This document shows, in pieces, positions 11,113-21,356 of a stretch of 64,000 nt of DNA. This stretch comes from an uncultured virus (IMG/VR IMGVR_UViG_2061766007_000520) (taxonomy: Duplodnaviria; Heunggongvirae; Uroviricota; Caudoviricetes), in IMG/VR virus record IMGVR_UViG_2061766007_000520. One strand, 5' to 3'. The notes under the pieces are model-generated. The model saw only the letters and a program-made list of their open reading frames with translations. It did no database searches and had not been told where the DNA came from. Within the stretch, counting starts at the first letter, position 1. Every line of letters starts with the position of its first letter. Position numbers and translations under genes: made by a program.

Positions 11113-11730
11113 ATGGCACTTGAGAATTTTCCACCGGATGTGCAGGACATGCTCAACGGCAACACGCCGGCAGCTGTCAACGCACACAAAATGCAGCGTG
11201 CTGAGAAATATCGGGATGTCATTGACAATGCTCCGGAGTCATTTGACTATGAGCAGGACATGCTCAATTATCTTTATGACAGCATTGACGATGATATGAC
11301 AGAAGAGGACATCTACATCCTTGCAGGTCAGCTTGGTGACAGAATCAAGAACAAAGAGACAGTGGAGGTGAAAGTGGATGCCAACGATGACGGTGACACC
11401 GATGTGATTGCCACGGACATCACAGGTGACGGTGAGCCGGACATAGCCGCTGTCATGGGTGACACTGAGGAAGAAACAAAGGATGCTGTCAAAGCTGCCA
11501 AGGAAGAGACCGGTGCTGACAAGGCCGACAATACTTCCACTGGCAAAAAGAAGGGTGAGCTTGATGCTCAGCCGGAGCTTGACTTCGAGGAAAAAGACGA
11601 AGTTAAGGAAGACGATGACGGAGAAAAAGAAAAAGAGGAAGAGACAGAAACAGCAGAAGTTTCTGATGACATTGACACTCTTCGCCGTCACAAAAACATC
11701 ATTGATGCTCTTTCGGAGCTTAGATTCTAA
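11113..11730 (+). CDS. Highly acidic scaffold/internal protein
   Basis: D/E-rich 205 aa ORF immediately upstream of the capsid gene; ends KNIIDALSELRF. Confidence 0.55.
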   Translation: MALENFPPDVQDMLNGNTPAAVNAHKMQRAEKYRDVIDNAPESFDYEQDMLNYLYDSIDDDMTEEDIYILAGQLGDRIKNKETVEVKVDANDDGDTDVIATDITGDGEPDIAAVMGDTEEETKDAVKAAKEETGADKADNTSTGKKKGELDAQPELDFEEKDEVKEDDDGEKEKEEETETAEVSDDIDTLRRHKNIIDALSELRF

Positions 11731-11782
11731 AGTACCTGCTTAAAAGCAGACTTTACATATATTATACTTGGAGGTATAAATT

Positions 11783-13405
11783 ATGATAACACAGGACCAG
11801 CTTGAGGCTCTTAGTAAGCAGGTATTTATCACAGATTATCTGCTTAATGGACTTTTCCCTTGTCAGTCTGACGTAATCAGGCTTATCCGCTCAAAGAAGC
11901 GCAAGTGGGATTTCAATGACAAGTTTGAGTATCGTATGCTCCTCTCAAATACGAANNNNNNNNNNNNNNNNNNNNNNNNNNNNNNNNNNNNNNNNNNNNN
12001 NNNNNNNNNNNNNNNNNNNNNNNNNNNNNNNNNNNNNNNNNNNNNNNNNNNNNNNNNNNNNNNNNNNNNNNNNNNNNNNNNNNNNNNNNNNNNNNNNNNN
12101 NNNNNNNNNNNNNNNNNNNNNNNNNNNNNNNNNNNNNNNNNNNNNNNNNNNNNNNNNNNNNNNNNNNNNNNNNNNNNNNNNNNNNNNNNNNNNNNNNNNN
12201 NNNNNNNNNNNNNNNNNNNNNNNNNNNNNNNNNNNNNNNNNNNNNNNNNNNNNNNNNNNNNNNNNNNNNNNNNNNNNNNNNNNNNNNNNNNNNNNNNNNN
12301 NNNNNNNNNNNNNNNNNNCAACTTCAAACGCGGCAAGCTTCTTATCAAGACTAAGACAGCTGCTCCTTGGGGTGCTGCGGATGTTACGGAGCTTTACCTC
12401 GTTCTTGACAATCAGCCGGGCGAGCTTTCGCTTCTCCCTGTAGGTACGACTGTATCTGAATGGGAAGACGGTCAGTTCCTTGAGGTTGCTCAGAACCGCG
12501 AAATCACAGGTATGCCTGCCAACACATTCGACAACTGGTCAGACGCAGCTATCACAGTAGCGACAGGCCCGTTCCAAGGCATCTATGACAAGTTCACAGG
12601 TACAGGTACGTACACCTACGGCGCGGATGCCGTAACAGGTGCTATGGAAGGTATCGCCGACTTGTTCCCTTGGTACACCGACCCTGCGGACATGGACACA
12701 CGCCTTGGTATCGACCTTCCTTACCGTGGTCAGTCCAACCGTCTCCGCTACTCAACGGAGCAGGCAGGCGGCTGGGTACTTCAGAAGCAGGGTGAGCACA
12801 TCATCGACGCTATCATGCGCGGTGCGTTCCTCACAAAAGCAACTGTACCTTATGCCGACATCGGTATCTGGATGAACCCTGTTACCCGCGTGGCACTCGG
12901 CTATGAAGAGGGCAACAACGTAACGGTTCTCCGTGACAACTTCGTTGCCGGTCCGATTGTCTATCAGCGTGGTGTCAAGACAACTGACTACCAGATTGGT
13001 AATCAGGTTGTCAAAGAGGTTGTTGAAGACCTCAACATGCCGACAGATGTCATCATCATCGGTCCGAAAAACGACCTGTCTTACAACTGCTGGGACAACG
13101 CAACGTTCGAGATTGACAAGTACATTCAGGAAACTTGGGGCAAGCAGATGCCGCCGAAGATTCAGGATGTCCGCATTCCGAACGAGCTTGTTGCGAAGAT
13201 GGACCTCTCACAGCGCATCACATACGGTGCTCCGACACTCCGCGATGGCCGCCTTGCAAGCTTCAGCAACGGCAACGGCATCCGTCACCCGAAGAATGTT
13301 ACGCCTGTTGCTATGCACGAAATGGGTGCTCTGTACACAGAGTATCCATACACATACACAGTCGTTAAGCTCCGCGAGCCTATCACGGACCTTGCTACTG
13401 TCTGA
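11783..13405 (+). CDS. Major capsid protein (partly in gap)
   Basis: About 540 aa with a strong RBS and highly biased codon usage, following the scaffold-like genes; assigned by position and size. Confidence 0.6.
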   Translation: MITQDQLEALSKQVFITDYLLNGLFPCQSDVIRLIRSKKRKWDFNDKFEYRMLLSNTXXXXXXXXXXXXXXXXXXXXXXXXXXXXXXXXXXXXXXXXXXXXXXXXXXXXXXXXXXXXXXXXXXXXXXXXXXXXXXXXXXXXXXXXXXXXXXXXXXXXXXXXXXXXXXXXXXXXXXXXXXNFKRGKLLIKTKTAAPWGAADVTELYLVLDNQPGELSLLPVGTTVSEWEDGQFLEVAQNREITGMPANTFDNWSDAAITVATGPFQGIYDKFTGTGTYTYGADAVTGAMEGIADLFPWYTDPADMDTRLGIDLPYRGQSNRLRYSTEQAGGWVLQKQGEHIIDAIMRGAFLTKATVPYADIGIWMNPVTRVALGYEEGNNVTVLRDNFVAGPIVYQRGVKTTDYQIGNQVVKEVVEDLNMPTDVIIIGPKNDLSYNCWDNATFEIDKYIQETWGKQMPPKIQDVRIPNELVAKMDLSQRITYGAPTLRDGRLASFSNGNGIRHPKNVTPVAMHEMGALYTEYPYTYTVVKLREPITDLATV

Positions 13406-13417
13406 TAGGGGCATAAG

Positions 13418-14428
13418 ATGGCAGCGGCAGAAGCTCGTCCGTTTCCTTGGTCATCGGACTACAGAAATGGGAAATGGATTTCCAATACCAAGCAGGGTAG
13501 AAAGACATACGCCCGTGGCAACAGGGGCGAGTATGAGGGCATGTCCGCTGCTTATCCGACACGCAAAGTAAGAAGCACTCTGACAGGAGATGTGTATCTC
13601 CTGCCGGAGCGTGACTACAAAGAGCTTCTTGAGACTTTCCGTGCGGAGGCTACTGATATATCGAATGAGTATGCCGACCACGGAAACAAAAGGCTCGCTA
13701 ATGTGCAGACACCTGCTGACTACATTGACTATGCTTTCCATACACCGAAGCAGAAAGAATCACTTGATACAGCGGAGTGTCAGGAAGGACACATTAAAAA
13801 GCTCACATATAACGCCAAGCACAAGCTGCTTATGGTGGAGTTTTCCAATAACGGAAGTATATGTGTGTTTTTTAATTTGCCCGCCGAGCTTGCCGCAAGA
13901 TTGATGTACCTTGCGCGTAACAATGTGCCCGCGTTGCATCCGTCAACCAAAGGCGACAGGCATGAGGTAGGCGTGCAATTTTGGAATCTTGTGCGTGTAA
14001 GGGGTACACAGCATGACACACGCTACCCATTTACATACACAGAGAACAATAATCCGGGAACGAACTCAGGAGCAAACACGGTTGCTTCCGGTAAGTTTGT
14101 ATACGGCGACCCCGGTGACAGGACAAGCCTTGCCGTAAAACAGAGCAACGGTGTGGATGCTTATCTTGATAAGAAAGAGAACATGCTGTTCTCGAAATCC
14201 CCCGCGCCTGATTATGAGAAGCTTGCGGATTATTTCGACAATAACGGCGGGAAGTTCTACAAGGGCAGAGGCTACAACTCGGTGCTTGTAGGCAAAAGCG
14301 CACCGCAGATGAAATCTCTGAGGGAAGCCTATGACAAGTACATGGCACTCAACGGAGAAGACAACTGGACTGAGGACAGCGCAAAAGAAATACGTGACTT
14401 GCTTTATGAAGCGGGTATACAGATATAA
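13418..14428 (+). CDS. KTSC-domain-containing protein
   Basis: GHIKKLTYNAKHKLLMVEFSNNGSICVFFNLPAELAARLM…VGVQFWNLVR matches the KTSC pattern. Confidence 0.6.
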   Translation: MAAAEARPFPWSSDYRNGKWISNTKQGRKTYARGNRGEYEGMSAAYPTRKVRSTLTGDVYLLPERDYKELLETFRAEATDISNEYADHGNKRLANVQTPADYIDYAFHTPKQKESLDTAECQEGHIKKLTYNAKHKLLMVEFSNNGSICVFFNLPAELAARLMYLARNNVPALHPSTKGDRHEVGVQFWNLVRVRGTQHDTRYPFTYTENNNPGTNSGANTVASGKFVYGDPGDRTSLAVKQSNGVDAYLDKKENMLFSKSPAPDYEKLADYFDNNGGKFYKGRGYNSVLVGKSAPQMKSLREAYDKYMALNGEDNWTEDSAKEIRDLLYEAGIQI

Positions 14429-14439
14429 AGGAGCACACT

Positions 14440-14730
14440 ATGAGAATAGGTAGAAACACACTTAATAACATGATGCTTGACAATCAGCGGCGCAGCCCTC
14501 TGTATCAGGCTATCATTACGGACCTTGCTATCACAGGCAACCTCAGCAAAGAAGATGCGGAAATGCTTCTTGGCTATGAGATTCCTGACTTCCTGCATAC
14601 ACCGGACGGCAAGACAATCACAGAGTATAATCCTGTCGCTAAGGTTGAGGCAGCACAGGAAGCAAAAGCTGAGGCAGCACAGGAAGCAAAGCCTGCTGCC
14701 AAGAAGCGCACGACCAAGAAAGCGGAGTAA
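14440..14730 (+). CDS. Small hypothetical protein with an EAAQEAK repeat and a basic tail
   Basis: AAGGAG RBS; 96 aa. Confidence 0.6.
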   Translation: MRIGRNTLNNMMLDNQRRSPLYQAIITDLAITGNLSKEDAEMLLGYEIPDFLHTPDGKTITEYNPVAKVEAAQEAKAEAAQEAKPAAKKRTTKKAE

Positions 14731-14741
14731 GGAGGTGCTGT

Positions 14742-16703
14742 ATGAGTGCATTTTCACAGTTCGGTGCTCCGGGTTGTCCGGGGCCTTCAACAAAAGACAT
14801 TCTTGAATTGATTGACGCATATGATGCGATGCAGGCTAAACTGCAAGAGCACGTACAGCATACTTGTACAGATGCATCTGATGTACATGGCGTAAAAACA
14901 CAGCTTGCCGGTAAAGCAGATAATTCCGACCTGAGCGCATTGGGCACCACTGTAAGCAATCTTGCTACTACGGTAAGCGGAAAAGCAGATACATCTGATG
15001 TGTATACAAAAAGTAGTGTAGACACGAAACTTGCTGAAAAAGCCGATAGTAGTACAGTTGTTGGTTTGGGTACAAGAGTCGGTAATCTTGAAAGCGCAAT
15101 GACCGGTAAAGCAAGCAATGCTGACGTTGCTGCTAAGGCAAACGCATCCGCTGTATACACCAAAAGCGAGGTTGACAGCAAGCTTGCTGAGAAGGTAAGT
15201 ACTGACGGCAGTAAGATTACCGTGGACAATGAGCTTGAGTTCGAGTTCAAGCTGACTACCCTTCAGTACGCCGGAACAGGCGCGGCGAACGACACCGGAA
15301 CACACGGCATTTATGTACTTGGTAAAATCGCTGACGTAGGCGAGGGGCTTCCGAAGCCGTCTCGTGTCTACATCAAATATGTCAACTCTCATCCGTTCGA
15401 TGCTCTTGTTGACATCACAGTTACGCATGATGCGCATGACAAAGCAAGCATTATGGCTGTCGTAAGCCGCTCGGATGATGTTGACGGCGAGGGCAACCAC
15501 TACTGGAACGGACTTCGTTTCCATGTGCTTCATGTTACGGACAATCAGTCACATGACAACTATTACCTCGGCTTGTCCGCTGACAACGTAGCGGAGAGCG
15601 TGCTTGCTATGTATGCTGCCGGTGTCAACTTCATCCCGCTTGGCGAGGAAGGAGCACCTTCAATCAGTGCTCTCGGCGACTGTGTTGACCATACGACACG
15701 TATTCCTGACGCGGCTACATCCGCGCTGCTCGTTTCCGGCACACTTGCTATTGAAGCACTTTCACTTAATGAGATTACTGATACTGACGGTGCATCCATG
15801 TTCAAAGTTACTATTTCCGATGATAAGAAATATCTTGAAATCGGAAGCGGTGCGGATGACAAGATACGTTTCAGGGCAAGACCGACAGCGTTCATCGGTA
15901 CTGACCCGGAGCACATGACAGAGCACGCTTTCATCACTGACGAGGAAGCGGAGAACTTCTGCTCAACGCCTCTTGGTGGCATCATCATGTGGCCTAAGTT
16001 TGTCATACATGAAGAGGGCGGTCAGGTCATAGGTCGTGAGGCACTTGACCCACCGGAAGGCTGGGTAGTTGCTTACGGCGGCACTGTCGCGGTTGACCCT
16101 GACCTTCCTGACAGTTACCCTGACCTTGCTGACCTTGCTGAAGCGGGTATCATACAGTACACAGACGCAACGCGCAAATGGGTACAGCTGCCGAAGATGG
16201 ACTACGCTATTATGAAAGCAGAGAAACCGACATTCAGCAACATCATTCCTGAAATCCCTGTAGCTCCTGATGTCGCGCAGCTTGCCACTGACGTTGCTAA
16301 CCTCACGGCACAGCTTGCGAGTGAAATTGAGCTTCGTGAGGATGCTGACGCTGCCCACAGCGAGGCAATCACTACAATCAACGATACGACAATCCCTGCT
16401 GCTCAGGCTGCGGCTGAAGCAAATGCGATTGCTGCTGCTAATGCACAGCTTGGCCTTGTAGTGTCTAATGAAGTTGAAGCTCGTGTTGGTGGTGATACTG
16501 AAGTCCTGCATTTCGTTGAAAACAAGCTTGTCGTAAATGATTCTGATGACCTTCCGGATGAAGCGACTACTTCTACTGAATGGCAGGTAGGAGATACGGC
16601 ACTTGTATTTGATGGCAGAACAATCGAGACATGGGAAGTAACTGCTGTAACAGAGATTACTTCTACTCAGTATCATATTGATTGGGCGGTTTCAAATGCT
16701 TAG
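14742..16703 (+). CDS. Tail fibre / virion fibre protein
   Basis: Repeated KADxSDVYTKSEVDxKL fibre motifs, a collar-like PLGGIIMWP…PPEGWV segment and a coiled coil. Confidence 0.65.
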   Translation: MSAFSQFGAPGCPGPSTKDILELIDAYDAMQAKLQEHVQHTCTDASDVHGVKTQLAGKADNSDLSALGTTVSNLATTVSGKADTSDVYTKSSVDTKLAEKADSSTVVGLGTRVGNLESAMTGKASNADVAAKANASAVYTKSEVDSKLAEKVSTDGSKITVDNELEFEFKLTTLQYAGTGAANDTGTHGIYVLGKIADVGEGLPKPSRVYIKYVNSHPFDALVDITVTHDAHDKASIMAVVSRSDDVDGEGNHYWNGLRFHVLHVTDNQSHDNYYLGLSADNVAESVLAMYAAGVNFIPLGEEGAPSISALGDCVDHTTRIPDAATSALLVSGTLAIEALSLNEITDTDGASMFKVTISDDKKYLEIGSGADDKIRFRARPTAFIGTDPEHMTEHAFITDEEAENFCSTPLGGIIMWPKFVIHEEGGQVIGREALDPPEGWVVAYGGTVAVDPDLPDSYPDLADLAEAGIIQYTDATRKWVQLPKMDYAIMKAEKPTFSNIIPEIPVAPDVAQLATDVANLTAQLASEIELREDADAAHSEAITTINDTTIPAAQAAAEANAIAAANAQLGLVVSNEVEARVGGDTEVLHFVENKLVVNDSDDLPDEATTSTEWQVGDTALVFDGRTIETWEVTAVTEITSTQYHIDWAVSNA

Positions 16704-16900
16704 CATGACCGAGATAAACATGATGCTCAAGGAAAACTTCGAGCGTCAGTTGCAGGAAGTAAAAGAGTTACCTGAAGACCTTGCACGCGGTTACAAGAAT
16801 TGGGTGCAAGGTTTGGTACAGGCTGCTGCTCAGGAGATGAACGCTGAAAACGCCCCGCCTCCTGAGCAGGCACCAGAACAATGATATAAAGGAGTAGCAC

Positions 16901-17623
16901 ATGGCTGTAATTAAGTATCTTGATGAGCGTGGACTTAATACGCTTATACAGGAAATAAGAAGCATAACTGCAAAAACGTACAAAGTAAAGGGTTCCGCAG
17001 TATACGCAGATGCCGCTTACCTTGTAAACCCTGACAAACATCAGGGTATAGACAGTGTAGGTCTTTGGAAGCTGATTAACGGTGTATGGACAAAAATCAC
17101 TACGTTTGAAGTAGGCTGGATTTATAACATCGAGAATGCATTCGTTACGGATGTTGACTTCGTTGAAGGCGCGGGAATTGATGTTGCTCCCGGCTCGAAC
17201 ATCTGTGTCGCTGAAATGACGGATAACCCTGTCACGTATAAATGGGACTTGGTAGGTAACGCCATTGACCTGTCTGACTATCAGACACGTAAGTTTGACG
17301 TTCCTTACACAATGTTCACGAGCCAGACACCTGTCACATACACAAGCGTAAGTCAGCTCCCGACATCGGAAGCAAAAGCAACTGCTACAATCACCGACAA
17401 CATGATTACGATACTTGCTTCAAGCGGAACTCCGATGCCGTCAGATGGCGATGTCTATCAGGCACACGTTATCGAGGACCCGAATGATTCGACGATGAAC
17501 GTAATCAGTTGGACAAAGCTTGGTAACCAGACGACTGTTGAGGGAATGCTTCAGCTGCTTTCCAACGTAGCACCGAACACAGCGATTACGAACGATGAAA
17601 TCCTTGCTATGTTCAACAGTTAA
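16901..17623 (+). CDS. Virion accessory/fibre-associated protein
   Basis: KYLDERGL N-terminus, KWDLVG…DLSDY and an AITNDEILAMF C-terminus typical of phage fibre/head-fibre proteins. Confidence 0.5.
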   Translation: MAVIKYLDERGLNTLIQEIRSITAKTYKVKGSAVYADAAYLVNPDKHQGIDSVGLWKLINGVWTKITTFEVGWIYNIENAFVTDVDFVEGAGIDVAPGSNICVAEMTDNPVTYKWDLVGNAIDLSDYQTRKFDVPYTMFTSQTPVTYTSVSQLPTSEAKATATITDNMITILASSGTPMPSDGDVYQAHVIEDPNDSTMNVISWTKLGNQTTVEGMLQLLSNVAPNTAITNDEILAMFNS

Positions 17624-17636
17624 CGGAGGGTGAGCT

Positions 17637-18035
17637 ATGCTTAACGTACTTGGTGGTGTCAAAGTTTATGACGTTAAAGAAATTGACAGCATGATGCGCA
17701 CTACGCATGGCTTCACTATCGTAAACACGCTGCCGCCGATACAGACTGCCAACATAGGACTTGTTTATTACAAGACTACTGCGCAAGCTGTAACTGAGAT
17801 AAAAGGTTACAGACGTATAGATGATACCGATGATACGGATGACCTGACACCTGAGCCGGATGCTACGCATGTTATTCCTGTGTACATCAGCAGGCCTGCT
17901 CTGATACCTTATATAATCGGAGTTGTTAACGGTCACCGTGTATGGTATACTGTAGCCGGGCATCCTGTAGACAGTTCGCCTATCAGTGATGAAGAGATAC
18001 TTGCTATCTGGCACAGATATGATGAGATTGGTTGA
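17637..18035 (+). CDS. Hypothetical structural protein
   Basis: GGAGG RBS; its PISDEEILAIW C-terminus resembles that of the upstream gene. Confidence 0.5.
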   Translation: MLNVLGGVKVYDVKEIDSMMRTTHGFTIVNTLPPIQTANIGLVYYKTTAQAVTEIKGYRRIDDTDDTDDLTPEPDATHVIPVYISRPALIPYIIGVVNGHRVWYTVAGHPVDSSPISDEEILAIWHRYDEIG

Positions 18036-18046
18036 CGGAGGCACGT

Positions 18047-18310
18047 ATGGAAAATAGCGATAATGTGAGCTTGCTGAACATGGATTTAATAAACGCACAG
18101 TTTAAGTCAATAAATGAGAAGCTTGACAAGCTTACGACCATTGCCGAAGATACCAAGGTACAGGAATGGCGTATAAATCAGCTTGAGGAAAAGCTGAAAG
18201 TCATGGAAAGCAAGAAAAGCGATGTGTTCTGGAAGGTTGCTTCCCCGATACTGTCCGCTTTCCTTGCTGCCATAGTATCATTCATTATATCGGGAGGAAT
18301 TGCAAAATGA
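18047..18310 (+). CDS. Coiled-coil protein with C-terminal TM helix (holin/hemolysin-like)
   Basis: Coiled coil followed by the hydrophobic segment VASPILSAFLAAIVSFII. Confidence 0.5.
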   Translation: MENSDNVSLLNMDLINAQFKSINEKLDKLTTIAEDTKVQEWRINQLEEKLKVMESKKSDVFWKVASPILSAFLAAIVSFIISGGIAK

Positions 18311-19964
18311 ATACCCTTATAGTAGAAAATGCTTCGTTCTCGCATAAGAGCGAACGTCCGCTGAAAACAGTAACGTACAATCCTGTTACCGGAAAAACGA
18401 GCGAAGGCCAGTTCCTTCCGGGTGACAAGGTAAAGGCAACGGTGCTGCTCAACAAAATAGATACTCTTGAGGCAGAGTATCAGAACTGCTCAATCAACAT
18501 AGCATGGACCGACCTCGTTGACGGAATGTCCGTGAAAGTGTACCAGATTGATGACGGTGACATCACGATGCTTGACAAAGAAGCTGTCTATGACGGTGAA
18601 AATGACAAGCTTATACTTGAAGTAAGCGAGCAGCTTACGGTGGAGTTCACTGACGCTGCCGCTGTCTCAGCATCTATCTTTGATAATGCTGTGATTCTTT
18701 CTGCATAGGAGGCTTGATATGGCTGCTACATATAATCTGCTTATTGAGGGTGCCGCGATTGAGGATAAGCTCGCGCTGCCCTATGTTACTATACCGTTGG
18801 CGAATCCTGACAACGAAACGGACGTTGACAGGATTTGGGTAAAGAAAGTTCCCAAAGAATATTCGTCAGCACTTGACGACATCATTGCAGGATGGGACCT
18901 GTACAATGAGGACGGAACTGTCGCAACGGACGTGCCGGACACAGGCGACACAATCAACCTGTGCTACAGGGTCAATGCTATGCGGTTGCGTGAGATTTCT
19001 CAGGTGACACCGACATACTCAAAATCTTGCCTGATTTCAGCATAAGGAGCAAAACATGCCAGTACCACAGACATTACCGGAAATAAAGAACTCAATTCTC
19101 AGGGATACGCTTGACACGCTGCTCGAAGCATCCACATGGATACGTGTTGACCACTCTGCTTATTTGTACATAAACAAAGCAACCGCAGCCACCCTTGCTG
19201 AGATTGACGAGGATGACGTTCCGTCCGAAGGTGACCTTCCTATACCGTTCGCAAGTGACAATATCCATGTACACTGCGGCGTTGACGGAGGTACACAGAA
19301 ATACAGCCTTGTCGTTGTGGATGCCACGCAGCCTGTGTATGACGGTGACGTGCCACCTGACGACAGGTTTGACAACAACAAAGAAGTGACAGTCGATGTC
19401 TCGCAGTATGTCGCTCCGGTCGAGGTATTCCCGACATACGGAAAAGAAGCGATGAAAAAGGTAACCGTGTCGCTTGACAACATTCCTGAGATTGAAGCAG
19501 ACAAGGCTGCCGCAATCAATGTAGCAAGCTACACCGAGCCTGTCGAGGTAACGCCGACAATCGGAAAAGACGGCATGGCAAAAGCAACCGTAACGCTGTC
19601 ACATATACCGAGCGGAAACGTGCCTAACTTCTTCAACGACACGATTCCCGGCTTCTTGCTTAAACGTGACCCAAGTGACGAGGGTATTCCTGTAATAGCT
19701 GTTTATCCTGACGGTACATATGTATCTGCCGTTAATGAGGTTCCAAACGCGAAGTTTATTGTCCACATGAATCATGGTGGTGCTACTGATTGGTGCTATC
19801 GAAAGGACAGCTCTTCTGAGATACCTAATGACCCATACGTAGAATATAAAAACAATGAGGATTTTACTGTCACAGACGGTAAAATTACGCTGTTTGATAT
19901 AGAGTATTACATTGAAGCTGCCACATTGTATCTTAACAACTGTATGACTTCATCCGGAAGCTGA
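18307..19964 (+). CDS. Three hypothetical structural genes (18307..18708, 18719..19045, 19056..19964)
   Basis: Consecutive ORFs with RBSs; the first two end in similar ILSA/LISA. Confidence 0.5.
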
Positions 19965-19979
19965 TAAAAGGAGCATACC

Positions 19980-20213
19980 ATGAAATTACCTAAAGCGAAA
20001 ACCGCGAGCCTTATAAGCAAGATTGTAGCTGTGCTGTGGATTGTCATAGCACACATAGTCTTGCTCTGTCTGCTCAGCGCAGGCAAGATAACGTCAGGTG
20101 ACATGGAAGTTGTCTCGCCTATCATCAGCACTGTAGGATTCACCATAATGGGCATCTTCGGAACGGTTGACCTCAACCTGCTCGCGGAGAAGTTCGCTAC
20201 TAACAAAGAATAA
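19980..20213 (+). CDS. Holin-like two-TM protein
   Basis: 77 aa with two hydrophobic helices and charged ends, upstream of the amidase. Confidence 0.55.
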   Translation: MKLPKAKTASLISKIVAVLWIVIAHIVLLCLLSAGKITSGDMEVVSPIISTVGFTIMGIFGTVDLNLLAEKFATNKE

Positions 20214-20287
20214 GCAGGCTGCTTTTATAAGGAGTAGCTTAGTAGGACAGCTAAGTAGCCCTTAAAGGGCTACTTATAGGAGTGATA

Positions 20288-20690
20288 ATGAATGTGGAAG
20301 AAATACTTGTGTGGGTTGGTACTGCTATTGTGGCTGTCGTGTCTGCCCTGTTTGTCAGAGGCATATCTGGACGACGAGCAGGAAGAGGAACTGTGGAATC
20401 TACTGACAGAGTCGCAGACGGAATTGACAAACTTGAGGACGGAATCAAGGGTGCTCAAGAATCAGCTGGCAATATCACAGGAGCAATGCAGCACGTTGGA
20501 GACGGAATTAGAGCAGCTTCAGAATCAGCTGACAGAATCGGAACAGGATGTGCGGGACTTGAGGACAAGCTCAGAAGAGCAGAAGAAATCCTACGAGAAG
20601 CGCATAAAGAGCGAGGGGCTGAAAGCAACGGTGTTTGAGATAATCTCAATCGTGCTTGCTATAGCCTGTGCCGTAATCGCTATTTTCTAG
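20288..20690 (+). CDS. Overlapping spanin-like pair: 20288..20638 (N-terminal TM + coiled coil) and 20292..20690 (signal peptide + coiled coil + C-terminal TM)
   Basis: Two frames are open over the same DNA, both after AGGAG and both with membrane topology; located in the lysis module. Confidence 0.5.
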
Positions 20691-20702
20691 GAGATACATA
20701 TT

Positions 20703-21356
20703 ATGATGAACAATGAGTTGTGGCAGAAGAGGATAAGGAACTACGCAGGGCTGCTCGGCGGCCTGCTTCCGTGGATAAGCCTGTTCGGTGCATGGATGTA
20801 CGGAATATTCACAGGCGGGCTTACCGAGGGCTTCTGGAAAGGGCTTTCGATAAGCGCGACATACTACACGAACCCTGCTCTTGCAGGTATCCTTACTGCG
20901 GCGAGCTTGGTCCTGATGTGCTATGACGGCTACGACCTGCAGGATAATCTTGTAACCACGCTGTCAGGTGTATTCGGCATCATGGTGGTTATATTCCCAT
21001 GCTCATGCGGAATAGCACCGGAGCATACGGGACTTTTCCAGCTGCCTGTGAGATTGTCGAACGTGATACACAGCACCGCTGCCATTATCTTTTTCCTGCT
21101 CCTGTCATATAATGCTTTGTTCCTGTTCACCAAGACGGATGCGGGCAAGGAGAAGTCAAAGAAAAAGATAATCAGGAACATAATCTACAGGGTATGCGGC
21201 GTGGGAATGATTTGCTCGCTCATGCTTATGATACTGCCTGTTGACTTTGACGCTAAGACATGGTGGGTTGAGACAATCGCGCTTACGTTCTTCGCAATAT
21301 CGTGGCTTGTAAAAGGCGGTGCGTTCAAGTTTCTTAATGACGAGGATAAAAAATGA
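20703..21356 (+). CDS. Multi-pass membrane protein (DUF998/Frag1-like)
   Basis: 5-6 hydrophobic helices; SISATYY, H…AAIIFF and E…ALTFFAISWLVKG motifs. Confidence 0.55.
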   Translation: MMNNELWQKRIRNYAGLLGGLLPWISLFGAWMYGIFTGGLTEGFWKGLSISATYYTNPALAGILTAASLVLMCYDGYDLQDNLVTTLSGVFGIMVVIFPCSCGIAPEHTGLFQLPVRLSNVIHSTAAIIFFLLLSYNALFLFTKTDAGKEKSKKKIIRNIIYRVCGVGMICSLMLMILPVDFDAKTWWVETIALTFFAISWLVKGGAFKFLNDEDKK

